A DNA stretch of 64,000 nt from Chrysemys picta bellii (Eukaryota), in NCBI RefSeq assembly GCF_011386835.1, contig NC_088794.1, forward strand, positions 3,782,001 to 3,846,000. The letters are read 5' to 3'. The notes below the pieces were generated by a model. The model was not told the origin of the DNA. It searched no databases and saw only the letters and a list, made by a program, of their open reading frames with translations. This document shows, in pieces, positions 48,283 through 61,558 of this stretch. The position numbers and the translations under genes were made by a program. Each line of letters starts with the position of its first letter. Within the stretch, counting starts at the first letter, position 1.

Positions 48283-48291
48283 GTATATAGG
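48283..48291 (+). promoter_or_regulatory. Candidate TATA box of gene 5
   Basis: GTATATAGG ~130 nt upstream of the ATG, with a GC-box-like CCCCGCCC just upstream. Confidence 0.5.
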
Positions 48292-48413
48292 TTCCCCGAG
48301 CCCCAGAGGGCACCTGGCAGCTGTTCGTTGGCTCCCTCGCAGGAGAGGCTCTGCTTGTACCCTTCAGGAGTGGCATGAGGGAGAGGCGAGGAGCTGCTCA
48401 GAGGGGATGGGTG

Positions 48414-51400
48414 ATGGGCTGGGGGGCGCTGCAGCTCCTCGTCCTGGCCGGGCTGATGGGGACGGCTGCCAGCATGTCGGATCCCCACGGGAAAGGCTGC
48501 GACGAGATGGACTCGCACTCCAGAGGTGAGAGCCAGGACTCGGGGAGGGGAGGGGGCTCTAATGGGTCAGAGTGGGGCTGGGAGCCAGGACTCCTGGGTT
48601 CTCACCCTGGCTCTGGCAGAGGAGTGGGGTTTAGTAGTCAGAGCAGAGGGGGCTGGGAGCCAGGACTCCTGGGTTCTATCCCCAGCCCTGACAGTGACTC
48701 ACTACTGTCTGCCCTCAGCGTGTGGGTGTATGCCCGTCGCCTCTCCGCCTCGGAGCCTGGGCGTCAGCTCCACGCACAGAGAAGGCACTTGTGGGGCTGG
48801 GAAAGCCGAGGGCCCCGAACAGGGTCAGTCCCAGAGTCCAGCCTGAACCCCTTCCCCGCCCCCTTGGCCTTACACTCTGCCTCCCCCCTCCTCCTCATTC
48901 GGTGCCTGAGGGCAGGAGTGGGTAGACCGGGCCTCAGACAGCTGCAGCTGCCCTGGGGCCCCCGGCCTCCCAACTTCGCTCCTGTGGAAGTTCAGACCAG
49001 GAAACCTCCAGTTCAACGTAGACCCACATTGGGAAATCCGGGACCTGTCCCCTGCGAGGGTCTGTAGTAGATTAAACAAATGGATCCATCTAGCTTTGAA
49101 TCCTGCCACCCCCGGCTCAGCCCCACGGGCCCTTCTCGTCCAGTATCCCGTCTGCAGCTCCTGTCACACCTGCTGGAAAGTGCGACCGTCCCTGCAGGAG
49201 GCAGCCGGGGGCCACCCCGCCCCATGGGGGAGTTTTAGGGTGACCAGATGTCCCGATTTTATAGGGACAGTCCTGATATTTGGGTCCATTTCTTATATAG
49301 GCTCCTATTACCCCCCTCCCCCTGCCCCGATTTTTCATATTTGCTGTCTGGACACCCTAGGGAGTTTGCTTCACACCCACATTAGCCAGTGGTTGTGTCA
49401 TGCCCAGCCTTAAGAAGGCGGGTGTTCTTTCAGCTCTCAATGGCTTCTGATCAGAGAGCCAGTATGATTTAGGCCACTCCGTGCCTCAGTTTCCCCTCCT
49501 GCCCTTTGTCTCTCTTCTTTATTCAGACCAGAAGGTCTTTGGGGTGGGGACTGTCTCTCTCTCTCTTTGGGGCGGGGACTGTCTCTCTCTGTCTGTCTGG
49601 GCAGTGCCTGGCACAAGAGGAGCCCTGATCTCGGTCACAGGGTCTGTGCAGTGATCTCTGGGGTCTGTGAAGGCACCCGGCACAATGCAGGCCCTGATCT
49701 CGGTCAGGAGGGGTCTGTGTAGCACCTGGCTCGATGGGACCCTGATCTAACGGCTACTGTGAAACTAATTTATTGTGCCACTCTCCGTGGGAGATGAGTG
49801 CCGATGTCACATGTGGCACGAGGTAGATCCTGGGTAGCGAAAAACAAAGGGTGAAGCAAGGTGAATATGGCTGGGACTGACCAATGGCGATAAAGCTTAA
49901 TGTAGAACTCAATTAACCTGCAGATCGCCCTGCTGCGGGACGCAACAGGGGTCACACGTTTTCCCAGGATGCTAGCCAAAATGCGGAATATCTGGAGGAA
50001 GGACATATTTCCTACACACTTAAAGGGTCTAGGACAGTGTTTCTCAAACTGGGGGTCCTGACCCAAAAGGGGGTTGCAAGGCTATTGGGGGGGGGGTTGC
50101 AAGATCACAAAAATGTTATAGGGTTTCCATACGTCCAGGTTTCCCCAGACATGCCCTCTTTTTTTGGTCCTTGCTCGTCCTTTTCCCTTGCCTTCAGAGC
50201 TGGGTGGCCTAAGGGTGGCCTGGTATAGTTACTTAGCTCTGCAGGGATCTGCACTGATGCAGTGAAAACTATGTCCAGTACCAAGAGTGTGGTGGGGGAA
50301 ACATCACAACCGGAAATATTTTCAAAGGGGGGCCCAGGAAAAAAAGTTTGAGAACCCCTGACCTAGGACCCACCTATCGATTGGGCTACAAGCTTCATGC
50401 CTCAGAGGAGACGCTTGTGTCAAACTCGGGAAGGCTGGGGAGAAATTTTGCCCATGGTCTGATCCCAATTGGCAGGGAGGGGGCAGGATACTGGGCTAGA
50501 TGGGCCCATGGGTCTGATCTCTCTTACCTTCTCTCTGATCTCTTTCAGTTCCCAGCATCCACATGACCCGGTCCAATAGAGGTGAGTTTCTGGTCCCTCC
50601 CTCCCCATTGGTAACACACAGCTGGGGTTACCCAGGCAACTGGCTCCCGGCAGCCAATTAGCGTGGGGCTCTGTCTGGTTCTGTGGTGGGGGACAGATCC
50701 AGCCAGGGCCCAACATGTGGCTGGTTCGAGACCTGCCCGGGGCGGGTAGGGGATGACCTCCAGATGTCCCCAGCTGTTTTCTGGGCTTTGGCAATCCCCC
50801 CAGGCTGTCTGAGCATCCCCCCCTCCTTCTCCCCAGTATGTGGCCGCCCCAGAGCTCAGTACCGGAACGTGGGGGGTGAGGATTCGATGGAAGGTGAGTG
50901 GCCCTGGCAGGCGAGTCTGCTCTGGTACAACAAACATCTGTGCGGGGGATCCCTCATCTCCAACCAGTGGGTGGTGACGGCAGCTCATTGCTTCCAACGG
51001 TGAGTGTCAACGTCCCTTGATCCCGACCCGCAGCCCCCTGCTGTCCCAGTCCTGGGCTCCTCCCACCCCCAGCGCTGCTGGTGCCCCTCAATCCCAGCCC
51101 ACAGGCCCCCCCCCCCAACCCTCTTTTCTGACTCCTCTCTCTGCTCAGGAGTTTGAACACCTCCAGCTACATGGTGCTGCTGGGAGTCAACAAGTTGGCC
51201 AACAGTCAACCTCACAAGCTGTCCTTGGGCGTGAGACGCATCATCCGCCACCCGAAATACTCAGGGGAATCTTCCAGTGGGGACATAGCCTTGGTGGAGC
51301 TGGAGAGACCCATCCAATTCACTGATTATATCCTCCCCATCTGCCTCCCAGCTGCCTCTGTCCAGTTCCCAGCAGGCATGAAATGCTGGGTGACGGGCTG

Positions 51401-54400
51401 GGGCAACATCCAGGAAGGAGGTAGGTGTCTTTGGGAGCTGGGATCATGGCATTGGGGCAGAGAGACTAGGAAAGCGGTGGGTTCGAGGGGCGGGTGGGAG
51501 TCAGCAGTTGGGTGATGGATGCAGAGGAAGGGGTGGTTATTTAGTGGGTTCGGGATTTGGGATTTCTTTTCCCGAGATGATTCATGATGGGAAATGGTCT
51601 ATGAAGAAGAACTTTGTGGAGGGATTCGAAAAGGGGGGAACCAGGGAACCGATAAACAAAATCGGATCCCAAGAAACAAAACAGAAACCGATGAATGCAA
51701 TTGATAAAGAAAACCTAACAACGAAACACAATAAATGAACAACTTAGAAACAAAACCCAATAAACAATAAAAGGAGCACAATTAACAAAACATAATAAAC
51801 GATAAACAGCACATGATCAATGAAACTGATAAACAAACCTGAGAAATGAGCAAATGAATACAACAAACAAAACCAATAAGCAAAACCTGATTAGTGATCA
51901 AAGAAACATGACAAAGGAAACCCAATAAACCATACCTGATCAGTAAAACACCATCAACAATAAATGAAGCACAAGAAACAAAACAGGATAAAAGTGGAAG
52001 GTGATAGAAGGAAACCCAATAAGCAAAACCCAACCAATGATAAGTGGCATGCGATAAATGAGAACCAAACAACAACACATGAAATACAATAAACAGTAAA
52101 TGAAATAAGATAAACAAACCACAGCAAACTACAAATGTAACAAGATAAATGACAAATGAAATAAAATAAATGAAACATGTTCAACAATAAATGAAACATA
52201 ATGAACAAAGAAATGAAAATGCAAGCCCAAGAAATGAAACCTGATAAACAAAACACCAACCCCAATAAACAATGCCCAATAAATGAAACATGAAAACTAA
52301 TAATGGAAAAACAAAACCCGATAAAAAATATCTTGGTAGAATTTGATTATTGTTTTTTTTATAATTTCAACAGATTTGCTTTTATGCATTCTTTCCCTAT
52401 TTTTAGCAATGTAAATTTTACAAAATTAGGAGTTTTAATCATCTTTTTATTTTTATCAATTTAAATTTTCAGTTGTGGGAAATTATGGGGAGCCATCAGA
52501 CAACAGGGTGCATCAGACAATAATTATTTAATGACTGTAGACATTGATTTCAAAAAGTGAAAGCTTTATAACCGCTAAACACAAATTGTCAAAATCACAT
52601 GTCAAAATATACTAAGTAAATATCCTTAAATCAGATTCGTATAAGTTCTCAAGCAGCATTTTTCTTACTTTGGCTATGTGTAAATTTCTGTTACGATCAA
52701 TGGAAATATTTTTTCATCAGTTTGTGTGTATGTGTAGGGTGAAACTTGATGTTTACCAACATTTACTCATACAAATCTAATCCTTCCAAGTCTACTGACA
52801 ACAGAAACATGAAACCTGATCAACAAGATTCAATAAATGTAACATGAAACCCAATAAACAATGCCGATAATGGAAAAGTGAAACCCAGTAAACAATATCC
52901 AATAATGGCAACGTGAAACCTGATGAATAATACCCGATAATAGAAATCGATAAACAATACCCAATAACAGAAATGCGAAACCCAGTGAATAATACCTGAT
53001 AAATGTCACATTAAACCCAATAAATGATATTGATAATTTAAATAAAAAACCCAATGAACAATATCCAATAATAGCAACACGAAACCTGATGAATAATACC
53101 CAATAATAGAAACCAATAAACAATACCCAATAGCGGAAATATGAAACCCAATGAGCAATACCCAATAAATGCAACATGAAACCCAATAACCGATACCAGT
53201 CATGGAAACCAATAAACAATAACTGATAACAGAAATGTGAAACCTGACAAATAATACCCGATCATGACAACATAAAACCCAATAAACTATACCCAATAAA
53301 TAATACATGAAACAACCCAAAACTCAAGAAACAAAATCCCTTAAATGAAATGTCAGACATGAAAAACCCCAGTAAAGCAAACTTGACAAGCAAAACACAA
53401 AAACAGATACATGAAACCAGAAACCTGGCAAATGAAACCCACTACTCAAGAAAGGAAAACTGATAAGCCAAACTGAAAACCTAATCCACGAAACCCAACC
53501 AAAGAAACGATAGCCAATAAATGAAACCCAACAACCAATGAAAACCAAACCTCCCAAAACAGAGCCTGATCATTTGAAATCGACCTCCCTCCCCACCAAA
53601 AAAAGGTTAAACACATCTTGGGTGATGAAAACTTAAACCTGTTAAACAGCAATTCAAACGATGAATGTCCACCGTTGAGTCCAGAGAGATTCCCCTTGAC
53701 TGAACAAGGCCCATCACAGGTACACAGATGTTCCCATGGGGACTGTGTGATGGCACCCAACATGGACAATTGCTCTGGACGAGAGGGGAAATTCTCTGAT
53801 CTCCCCCCATCCTCCACTCCCTTTGGAATCGATGGCTCTGCTTCAAAGCCATCTGGGCCCCTCACTGTTTTCTCTGGCTCTCCTTCCCAGAGGACCTGCC
53901 AGCTCCGCAGACCCTCCAGAAGCTTCAGGTGCCCATTATAGACCAGAAGACCTGCAGGTATCTCTACAACATGGCGCTGGGGGAGAAGTTCCCACCCAAG
54001 GCCATCCAGAATGACATGATGTGTGCCGGGTATGCTGAGGGCATGAAGGATACATGCAAGGTGAGCACCCCCCAGCCAGGGAAGGTGGAGTCCTGACACC
54101 CTCCCTGGGTCAGGCCATGGGTCCATCTAGCCCGGTATCCTGCCCCATCCCTGCTGTCCCAGCTCAGATCCATGGGCCCATCTAGCCCGGTATCCCGCCC
54201 CTTCTCTGCTACCCTGGACCAGCCCATCTAGCCGGGTGTTCCAATTAGCCTGATTCCCTCCAGCACGAGGCAGCACTGCTCACACGCACACAAGGCCCCG
54301 ATCCCCAGCACCGCTCTCACACCCCTTCCGACGCCCTGTCTCTACCTCCGCCGCACAGGGGGACTCCGGCGGCCCGCTGGTCTGCAAGGCCTCCAAGGAG

Positions 54401-54640
54401 TGGCTGCTGGCCGGGATCATCAGCTGGGGCGAAGGCTGTGCCATCAAGAACCGCCCCGGGGTCTACATCCGCCTCACCTCCTATGAGGCCTGGATCCACA
54501 ACCACATCCCCGACATCGAGTTTGTGCCAGAGGAGAAGGGGAGGAACGTGTTCAGGAACGCCGGGGCTGGCTGGGCCGGGAGGACCAGCATGACCACCTG
54601 GCTGCCGCTGCTCATCGGGCTTCTCCTCATGGAGGTCTAG
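48414..54640 (+). CDS. Gene 5: trypsin-like S1A serine protease with atypical N-terminus (R-NVGG), predicted GPI-anchored, 343 aa
   Basis: Exons 48414-48525 ([20 protein letters not shown]...), 50549-50581, 50837-50999 ([13 protein letters not shown]...AAHC), 51149-51420 (GDIAL), 53891-54060 (KDTCK), 54359-54640 (GDSGGP...[13 protein letters not shown]). Total 1032 nt in frame. An in-frame upstream ATG lies at 48375. Confidence 0.9.
49236..49359. mobile_element. 124-bp hAT MITE with a perfect 8-bp TSD
   Basis: TAGGGTGACCAGA...TCTGGACACCCTA TIRs; GGGAGTTT on both sides. Confidence 0.88.
50035..50361. mobile_element. hAT (Buster-type) MITE
   Basis: CAGTGTTTCTCAAACT...AGTTTGAGAACCCCTG TIRs; flanks GTCTAGGA/ACCTAGGA fit an nnnTAnnn TSD. 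Confidence 0.8.
52790..53300 (+). repeat. Degenerate ~35-bp A-rich tandem repeat in gene 5 intron 4
   Basis: GAAACC recurs at ~34-35 bp intervals (52811, 52846, 52880, 52915); consensus like TGAAACCCAATAAACAATACCCAATAATRGAAACA. Confidence 0.7.
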
Positions 54641-55075
54641 AAAGGGCTACCGGGTGGGAGGGGCGGCTGGGCCGTCTCCCCTCCTGGCCCCAGGCTGGAA
54701 GGGGGGGTGGGATCTGTCGGTGCCACCTGCCCTGCTGGTACAGCCCCCCAGAGGGCACCACCCCATGCACAGATCTCCTGGGGAGGGCATGCACCCCCGT
54801 CTTGCTCGCTGACACCCATGGGGGGACGGGGCAGTGTGAGCAAACTCAGCATCTGTCTGCCTGTCCTCCTGCAGCCATCCACAGCCCAACTTTCTCATCT
54901 GTCTGATCCAAGTCTTATTTATTGATCTGTCTGTCTCCAGAGTCACTGACTTTCTGTCTGTTGGCCTCTCTACCCCCTGCTCTGTCTGTCTGCATATGCC
55001 CATACACACGCCTCCAGCCATCCATCCCTAATCTCCATATACCCCATCTAATCTAATCTAACCTATCCATCTCTG

Positions 55076-55803
55076 TGTAACAGGGTCTGCAACCACCTCT
55101 CGCGAGCGCCCCCTCTGGTTGGGTGTGTCTGCGTTCTTTCAGTTCTGGTGACCCCCTTTGGTGGTTCTCAGGTGTTTTTTTCAACGAGTCAGCCCTCCAA
55201 CTGAGTCACACACAGTGTCTGCATGTGAACCAGAACAGACCCCTTCCAGGGCATATCTCAGTACTCCTCTGGTGGTGTCTCTCTAGCCCTCCAGGGGCTC
55301 AATATTTAAGTATTCCTGGCCCTGGTATGGGGTCATATCCCCAGGGCATCCTCCCTGGAGACACTATCTTCCTGTGGCCTCCAGCTGGGCTCAGTCCTTA
55401 CTTAGACCCAGCAGCCAGCCAGGAGCTCCTTCATTGCTCCCCTGGTCCCTGCTAGCAAACTGTCTTTGGCTCAGTCCTAGCAGCCAGCCAGGAGTCTCTC
55501 CCTCCTCTGGTCCCTGCCCCCACTTAGCTGTCTGTGGTCCTGCTGCTCTTCCAGCCAGGCACACTGTCCTTTCTTCTCCAGCTCCAAGCAGCAACTGACT
55601 GCTAGTGCTCCTCTATTCTGCAGCTCCTTTTACATGGCCCCCTTGGTCCCTGATTAGCTGTTCTAGCAGCCCCTATGATTGGTTGCTTCCTCACAACCAT
55701 TCTAGGCCGCTTGGAGGACCTCTCCACTGCTCCTTTCCTGGGATGGGTGTGGCAGGACCCTGAGGCCTCCAGCAGGGGCCTTTGGGACTAGTCCACCCCA
55801 TCA

Positions 55804-55805
<2 letters not shown>
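55076..55805. mobile_element. Probable solo LTR
   Basis: Starts TGTAACAGGGT and ends CTAGTCCACCCCATCAC(T); ~730 bp embedded in TATC simple repeats. Confidence 0.45.
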
Positions 55806-55841
<36 letters not shown>

Positions 55842-56018
55842 CCATGCACCCCCTCTAGCAATCAATCAATCAATCCCTATGCACCCCATGTATCTATCTA
55901 TCCATCCATCCTCATCCACCCCCTCTATTATCCCCATACACCTCTCCATCCATCCATTCATCCATTCCTATACATGCCCCTCTATCTATCTATCTATCCA
56001 TACATCCCCATACACCCC

Positions 56019-56075
<57 letters not shown>

Positions 56076-56105
56076 CCCCCATATACCCCATCTATCTATC
56101 TATCT
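55806..56105. repeat. (TATC)n/(CATC)n simple repeats
   Basis: Directly visible. Confidence 0.95.
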
Positions 56106-57179
56106 CCCCTACCAAGACAGAGATCTGACAATATAAACCCAGTGTAGATGAGATTCCATATTTTTTATTTTTTGGAAGGGCTTTTGGTATTTTTTGGTAG
56201 TTTTTTATTCCCCTTCCCCCCCCCCCCCCCCAAAAAAAAAAGTATCAGTAGCGATAAATGAAAAAACCTGCCCTGGATAATTTAAAATCAGTGGCTGATT
56301 CATACTGCCGCCACTAGGCTAAGATAAAAACCAGTCAGCCTACCGAGACTTGGCCTAGGAAAGTAGAATTGGATACACTTGTCAATCCACAGGATTGTTG
56401 AGGTGGGTGAGAAATGAGATCCACTCCAATTAGATGGAAAAATTTCTGATGGAATATTTTTCGGTTGGGAAATGCCAATTCATTGATATCTAAATATTCC
56501 ATGAGGACAGGTCAATTTCAAGGAAATTTCATTTCAAAATAAAAAGGCTAAGCATCTCAATTTTTCATTTCAAAAATTGTATTTCACTTTGAAATGGATT
56601 TGATTTTCTATTCTGTTATAAATAATAAAGAATAGGCTAGAAAATAAAATTTAAAAATATAAAAGTGGAAATAATATACAGGAAAATACAGTAGAAGATC
56701 AAGAGATGAAAAGACAAGAAAAGACGAAATGTTCTGATTTTTCATTTTGAAAGGACTTTTTATTTTGAAATTGATTTGATCTTCTATTCTATTATAAATA
56801 ATCATGGAATTGAATAGACTCTAACATAAAATAAAATACAAGATCAAGAAATGAAAAGTCAAATCACATTTGAAATATTTTGATCAGGTTAAAATATTCC
56901 AATTTTAATTTCAAAGTGATTTGAAATATATGAATATAGTCATCTATAAAATAAAATTCAAAATATAAAAATGAAATACAAAATAAAACGTAAGATCAAG
57001 AAATTAAATATATTAATAATATAGTGGACTATAAAATAAAATACAAAATATAAAATGAAATACAAAATAATATGCAAGATCAAGAAAAGCAAAGTTGAAA
57101 TTGAAATTAAATATTGCAATTTTTCCTTTTGAAATGTATTTTACTTTATATTCTATTATAAATTGAGTAGACTAGAATA

Positions 57180-57184
<5 letters not shown>

Positions 57185-57246
<62 letters not shown>
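57185..57246. repeat. Compound (CT)n(TA)n microsatellite
   Basis: Directly visible. Confidence 0.95.
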
Positions 57247-57247
<1 letters not shown>

Positions 57248-57929
57248 GAAGTAATACAAAATAAAATACAGGATGAAAAAATGACAAGAAAAGTGAAGTT
57301 GAAATTGAAATGAAACTTTATGATACTTTTTTTAAAAATTTATCCTGCTTTATAGTCTACATAGGAGAGAATATAAGATACTATACCACATACACACATA
57401 CTGTTTCTCTTGATCTTGTATTTTATTTTAAAATAAAGAAATGAAAAGAAAAGTTGACATCAGAATGGAACATTTTGATCAGATTGAAAAGTTCTGACTT
57501 TTCATTTCAAAAAGTGGAAATCAAAACAAAAATCTTTGGATCAGAACAATACGTTCCATTTTTTTAAAAATTTTGAAAAGACTTTTCAGTTTGAAATTTA
57601 TTTTTGTGATACATTATAGAAAAGAAAAACATAATATGAAAAGAGCAAGAAAACAAACTGAAATTTTAAAAAAATCACATTCAAAATGTTGTTTTCTGGA
57701 AACTTAAACTGTTGGGGGGATTCCTTCTGAACCGGAAAGGATTTAGGGTTAAAGATTTCCAGATCCGGAACAGCTTTAATTGGAAGGAACTTCCTTTACA
57801 TCAAACTATTCAATTCCACCAGGGCAGATTTAAGGGGATCACTGAATTTTGGGATCTTTTCTCTAGTTAAAATACTCTGACTTTAACTTGCAATATAGTT
57901 TCTGCTTTTGTTGTCATTTAACGTTCACA

Positions 57930-58446
57930 GAAGTGGGGGGCAGGACCACAGTGTCTAGTGGTTACAGCACAGAGTCTGGAGCCAGGACGCCTGGGTTCAT
58001 TTTCCAGCTCTGGAAAGGCAGTGGGACCCAGTACTTAGTGGAAGGCGGGCTGGGAGCCAGGACTCCTGGGTTCTATAATAGCCCTGGGAGGGGAAGGCTG
58101 GGAACCAGGACTCCTATGTTCTGTTCCCAGCTTTGGGCGGGCAGTGGGGCCTAGTAGATTAGAGCAGGGGGCCTGGGAGCCAGGACTCCTGGGTTCTATG
58201 TCTGCCTTTTAGAGGGGAGTAGTGATTAGAGGTGGTAGGATTGGAGTCAGGACTCCTGGGTTCTATTCCCAGCTCAGCAAGGGGAGTGGGTCTAATGGTG
58301 GGGGGGGGGTACATTCTGCTCCCAGCTCCGGCACCAGTTTACAGTGTGACCTTGGGCCAGTCAATTGGCTTCCCTCAGTTCCCCCCCACCCATCTGTCAA
58401 ACGGAGCTTGTAAAACTTTCCTACCTCACAGGGGGATGCTGTGAGA
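57930..58446 (+). repeat. Degenerate 75-bp head array ending in a MIR core
   Basis: GGAGCCAGGACTCCTGGGTTC units followed by GTGTGACCTTGGGCCAGTCA...CTCAGTT...CATCTGT...CTACCTCACAGGG. Confidence 0.65.
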
Positions 58447-59984
58447 AGTCACAAAGGGAGGGGTTGTGGTCAGTCTAGGGGTAAGGAATTACCCCCCCTC
58501 CCCCATTTCAGATATACACACCATTGTGTGTATGGGGGGCGGGGGTCAATTCTGCTCCTGATGTGATGTAGCTTTCTGCATCTATTGTTAATAAAAAGCC
58601 TTTGATGCAAAAATGAATCAAAGCCGTGTCTATTCACAATCCAGGGATGGGGGAATAAGGGAAATTAGCTTCTCCCACAACATAAGCCCCATCCACTTGG
58701 GATTTCAAAGCAGGTAGGTCCCTATACAATACAATCCTTCTTTTTTTGTTCCAATCAGCCATGAAATGGCACACGTAGCGGTGGGCAAATAATTGATTTT
58801 TTGAAAATTGGGGTGGAGGGGATGGGTTGAACTGAAAAATTAGGTTTTAGAAATTTTTAGTGACTCGAAAATGCAAAAAAAAAATCCATTTTGGGTCAAA
58901 TGAAATGTTTCGTTTTAAAAAACTGAAACATTTCAACTGTTTTTTAAACATTTTGGGGGTTTTTTAAGTTAAATTACAAGGAAGCTTGAACACAGAAGTC
59001 ACTGCAAACCGAAAAAAATCGAAAAGTTTCAACTGCTTTGAAACATTTTTAATTTTTTTACATTTCAATTGAAGGAACTCTCGAAATGGCACATTGTTTT
59101 GAAGCAAAAAACCCAAATCTTGCAACCACTTTGAAACACTGCTGATGTTTCTTTAAATTAAATTAAACAAACAGTCTTTTTGAACCAAAAGAAACCAAAC
59201 CTTTTCAATGGTTTTCAACCTTTTTAATGGTTTTCCTAATAAAACAAAAGGAAATCTCAAACTGAAAAATAAAAACATTTTGTTTAGAAAATGTTGGATT
59301 TTTTTCTGACTTTGTTTTGATAAAAGAAATTTAGCAAAACCAACACAAATTCACAAAACATTTTGGGGGGTCACCAAACCTGCATTTTTTTTTTCTGGCT
59401 TAACAATTTTGGTTGAAAAAATTCCCCTCAGTTCCAATTGTATTTATCGGTAGACTTCAGAATTAACAAACAATCACAATATAGGGTTAGCAGGACACAT
59501 GCTTCTTGGGGCTATCATGCCAGACTCTCTGCAGACTCAGGCAGATGCCCCCATGTCAGTTCAAACCCATGCCTGATTGTGACATTATTATCGTTAGGTT
59601 TCAGAGTTAACACTCCATTGAGCCCATTACATTCCATCTGTCAGCCAACCATTTGTTCAGGCTGCCTGCAGATTCAGACAGATGGCACCGCATTGGTTAC
59701 ACACCGTTCTATAATGATCATTACAGAAAAATTATGATCCTTGGGTCTAAGGAGCCCTGATGGGGTGGGTCTGGACAGCACCAAACACAACAGAAGACCT
59801 GATGTTGATCAGGGTCTGTGCAGCACCTGACACGATTGGTGACTCTGGGGGCTACCATCCCACAGATAACACATCATGCAGTCCCTATTTTTTCAACTTC
59901 GTGCATTTGCAAAATCACGGGCTGCCCACGCCCAGCTTTTGTTACGCAAAAGAAGTTATATAAACCTCCACAGCTCAGCAACAA

Positions 59985-60490
59985 TTAGGTGACAGGGGAG
60001 GTGTTGTTGACAGTTGTGATAATGGGTGAGGCGTCACCAAGACGCAGTTGCAACCTGTGCCGATCGCGATGGGAGATAACTTGGGATCTGGCCATACCAG
60101 TCGGATGAGAATCCCGGTTGCCAGCTTTTTGGTTTTCACGCTGCCCCCATCTTCGAGCTAGCCTCAAAATTGGAGCCAAAATTCCCATCCCCTTAAGAAG
60201 AATCCCAGGTGGAAAGATTTTAGAGGTCGTGATGGGCAAGGAACTCAATGGAAGCTCCCAGCGTGACGCTGTATCTCAAAAGGCTTACGCGGTGATTTTA
60301 CCTCTGTACCGGTGAGACCGATACTGGAACACTGCGTCCACTTCTGGCACGCGCATGTTAAAACGGACGTTAAAAGAATCAGAGAGGAGCCACAAACACG
60401 ATCCACGGGCTAGAGAAAATAATGGGAAGTTTACAGAGCTTGGCCTGTTTAACTCGCTGGGGCGGTGCCTTGATCTGGGTGGAGCAGAGA
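59985..60490 (+). mobile_element. Old, highly diverged CR1 ORF2 fragment
   Basis: VILPLYR ... GAGACCGATACTGGAACACTGCGTCCACTTCTGG (cf. RP.LEYCVQFW) ... GAGGAGCCACAAAC (cf. RRATKMI). Confidence 0.65.
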
Positions 60491-61558
60491 AACACGCACA
60501 TCTCAGCATCTATGCGGCGTGGTCGGCGCGTATAAATTCACCGCATTTTCCACCTTGCTTCTGGCGCTTCCGGGCCGCTGAGCTTGGGCAAACGTGGTGG
60601 CGGCCACTGCTGAGTTTGCTAGCCGGCTGGCTTTTATGGCAACCAAGGGACGAGAAAACAGGGTGACATGTTTGGGGTACATTTGTACCCCGCCACACAC
60701 ACTTCCCGGGGGTACCCAGGGCTACCTCTTCACCACCTGCCCACTGGGGTTCAGCCCAGGAGTGCCGGAAGCTACCTAGAAGTGGGGGGCCACCAGAGTC
60801 CAAGCCATGGCCCTGCTGCCCAGTCCACCCCTCACCCTGAGGCCCTACCCTCACTCCGTCTCTCCCCCCAAGACCCTGCCTCTGCTCTGCCTCTCCCTGG
60901 ATACCCCGCCCCTGCTCCGCCTCTTCCCCCGAGGCCCTGCCCCCGCTCGCTCCTTTCCGCCCCCTCCTCCCATCACTCGCCCTTAAGGCAGATAAAAAGT
61001 GATGGGGCCATGCCCCACCCCCATTCTGGTGCCCCTGGTTCAGGGCCCTGAGTCCATCAGCCGCAGGCAATACAAGCCCTGCCCTCTAGGCCTTCACAGG
61101 CCCCTGCTCTCGCTCTATGGATTACCAGCAGGCACGCTCCCGGCCTTGAACGTCTCCCTGGTCCGCTGGGGGCTCGTAGCATTGACAGATAGCTGCTTCT
61201 GAGGAAGGAGGGCACCCCTGCTCACCAGTTCCAGCCCTTACAGAGGCTGCGAGTGACAGCCGGTCGGTCTGCAGGGAGAGCCGAGGGACAGCAAGGAGAA
61301 GCAGTGGAAACCAACGGCTGCCTGTGTGGAAAATGAAGCCCAGACCCGCAGGGCAGAGCCTCGACTTAGCCGACAAGATACTCTCCTGTCTAGCTAAATA
61401 TTGCTCAGCGATTGCCCTTACGGCGATTTACAGCCAGGCTTGGCTGTGAGCCTCCGGCCACCAGGCAAATGCACGGTCAATTTGCTTCCTAGGCGAAGGA
61501 TCCCGTCAGTCCCTTTGCCCCAGAACAACCCGTTGTCCTTATTCCAAAACCCAGCACC

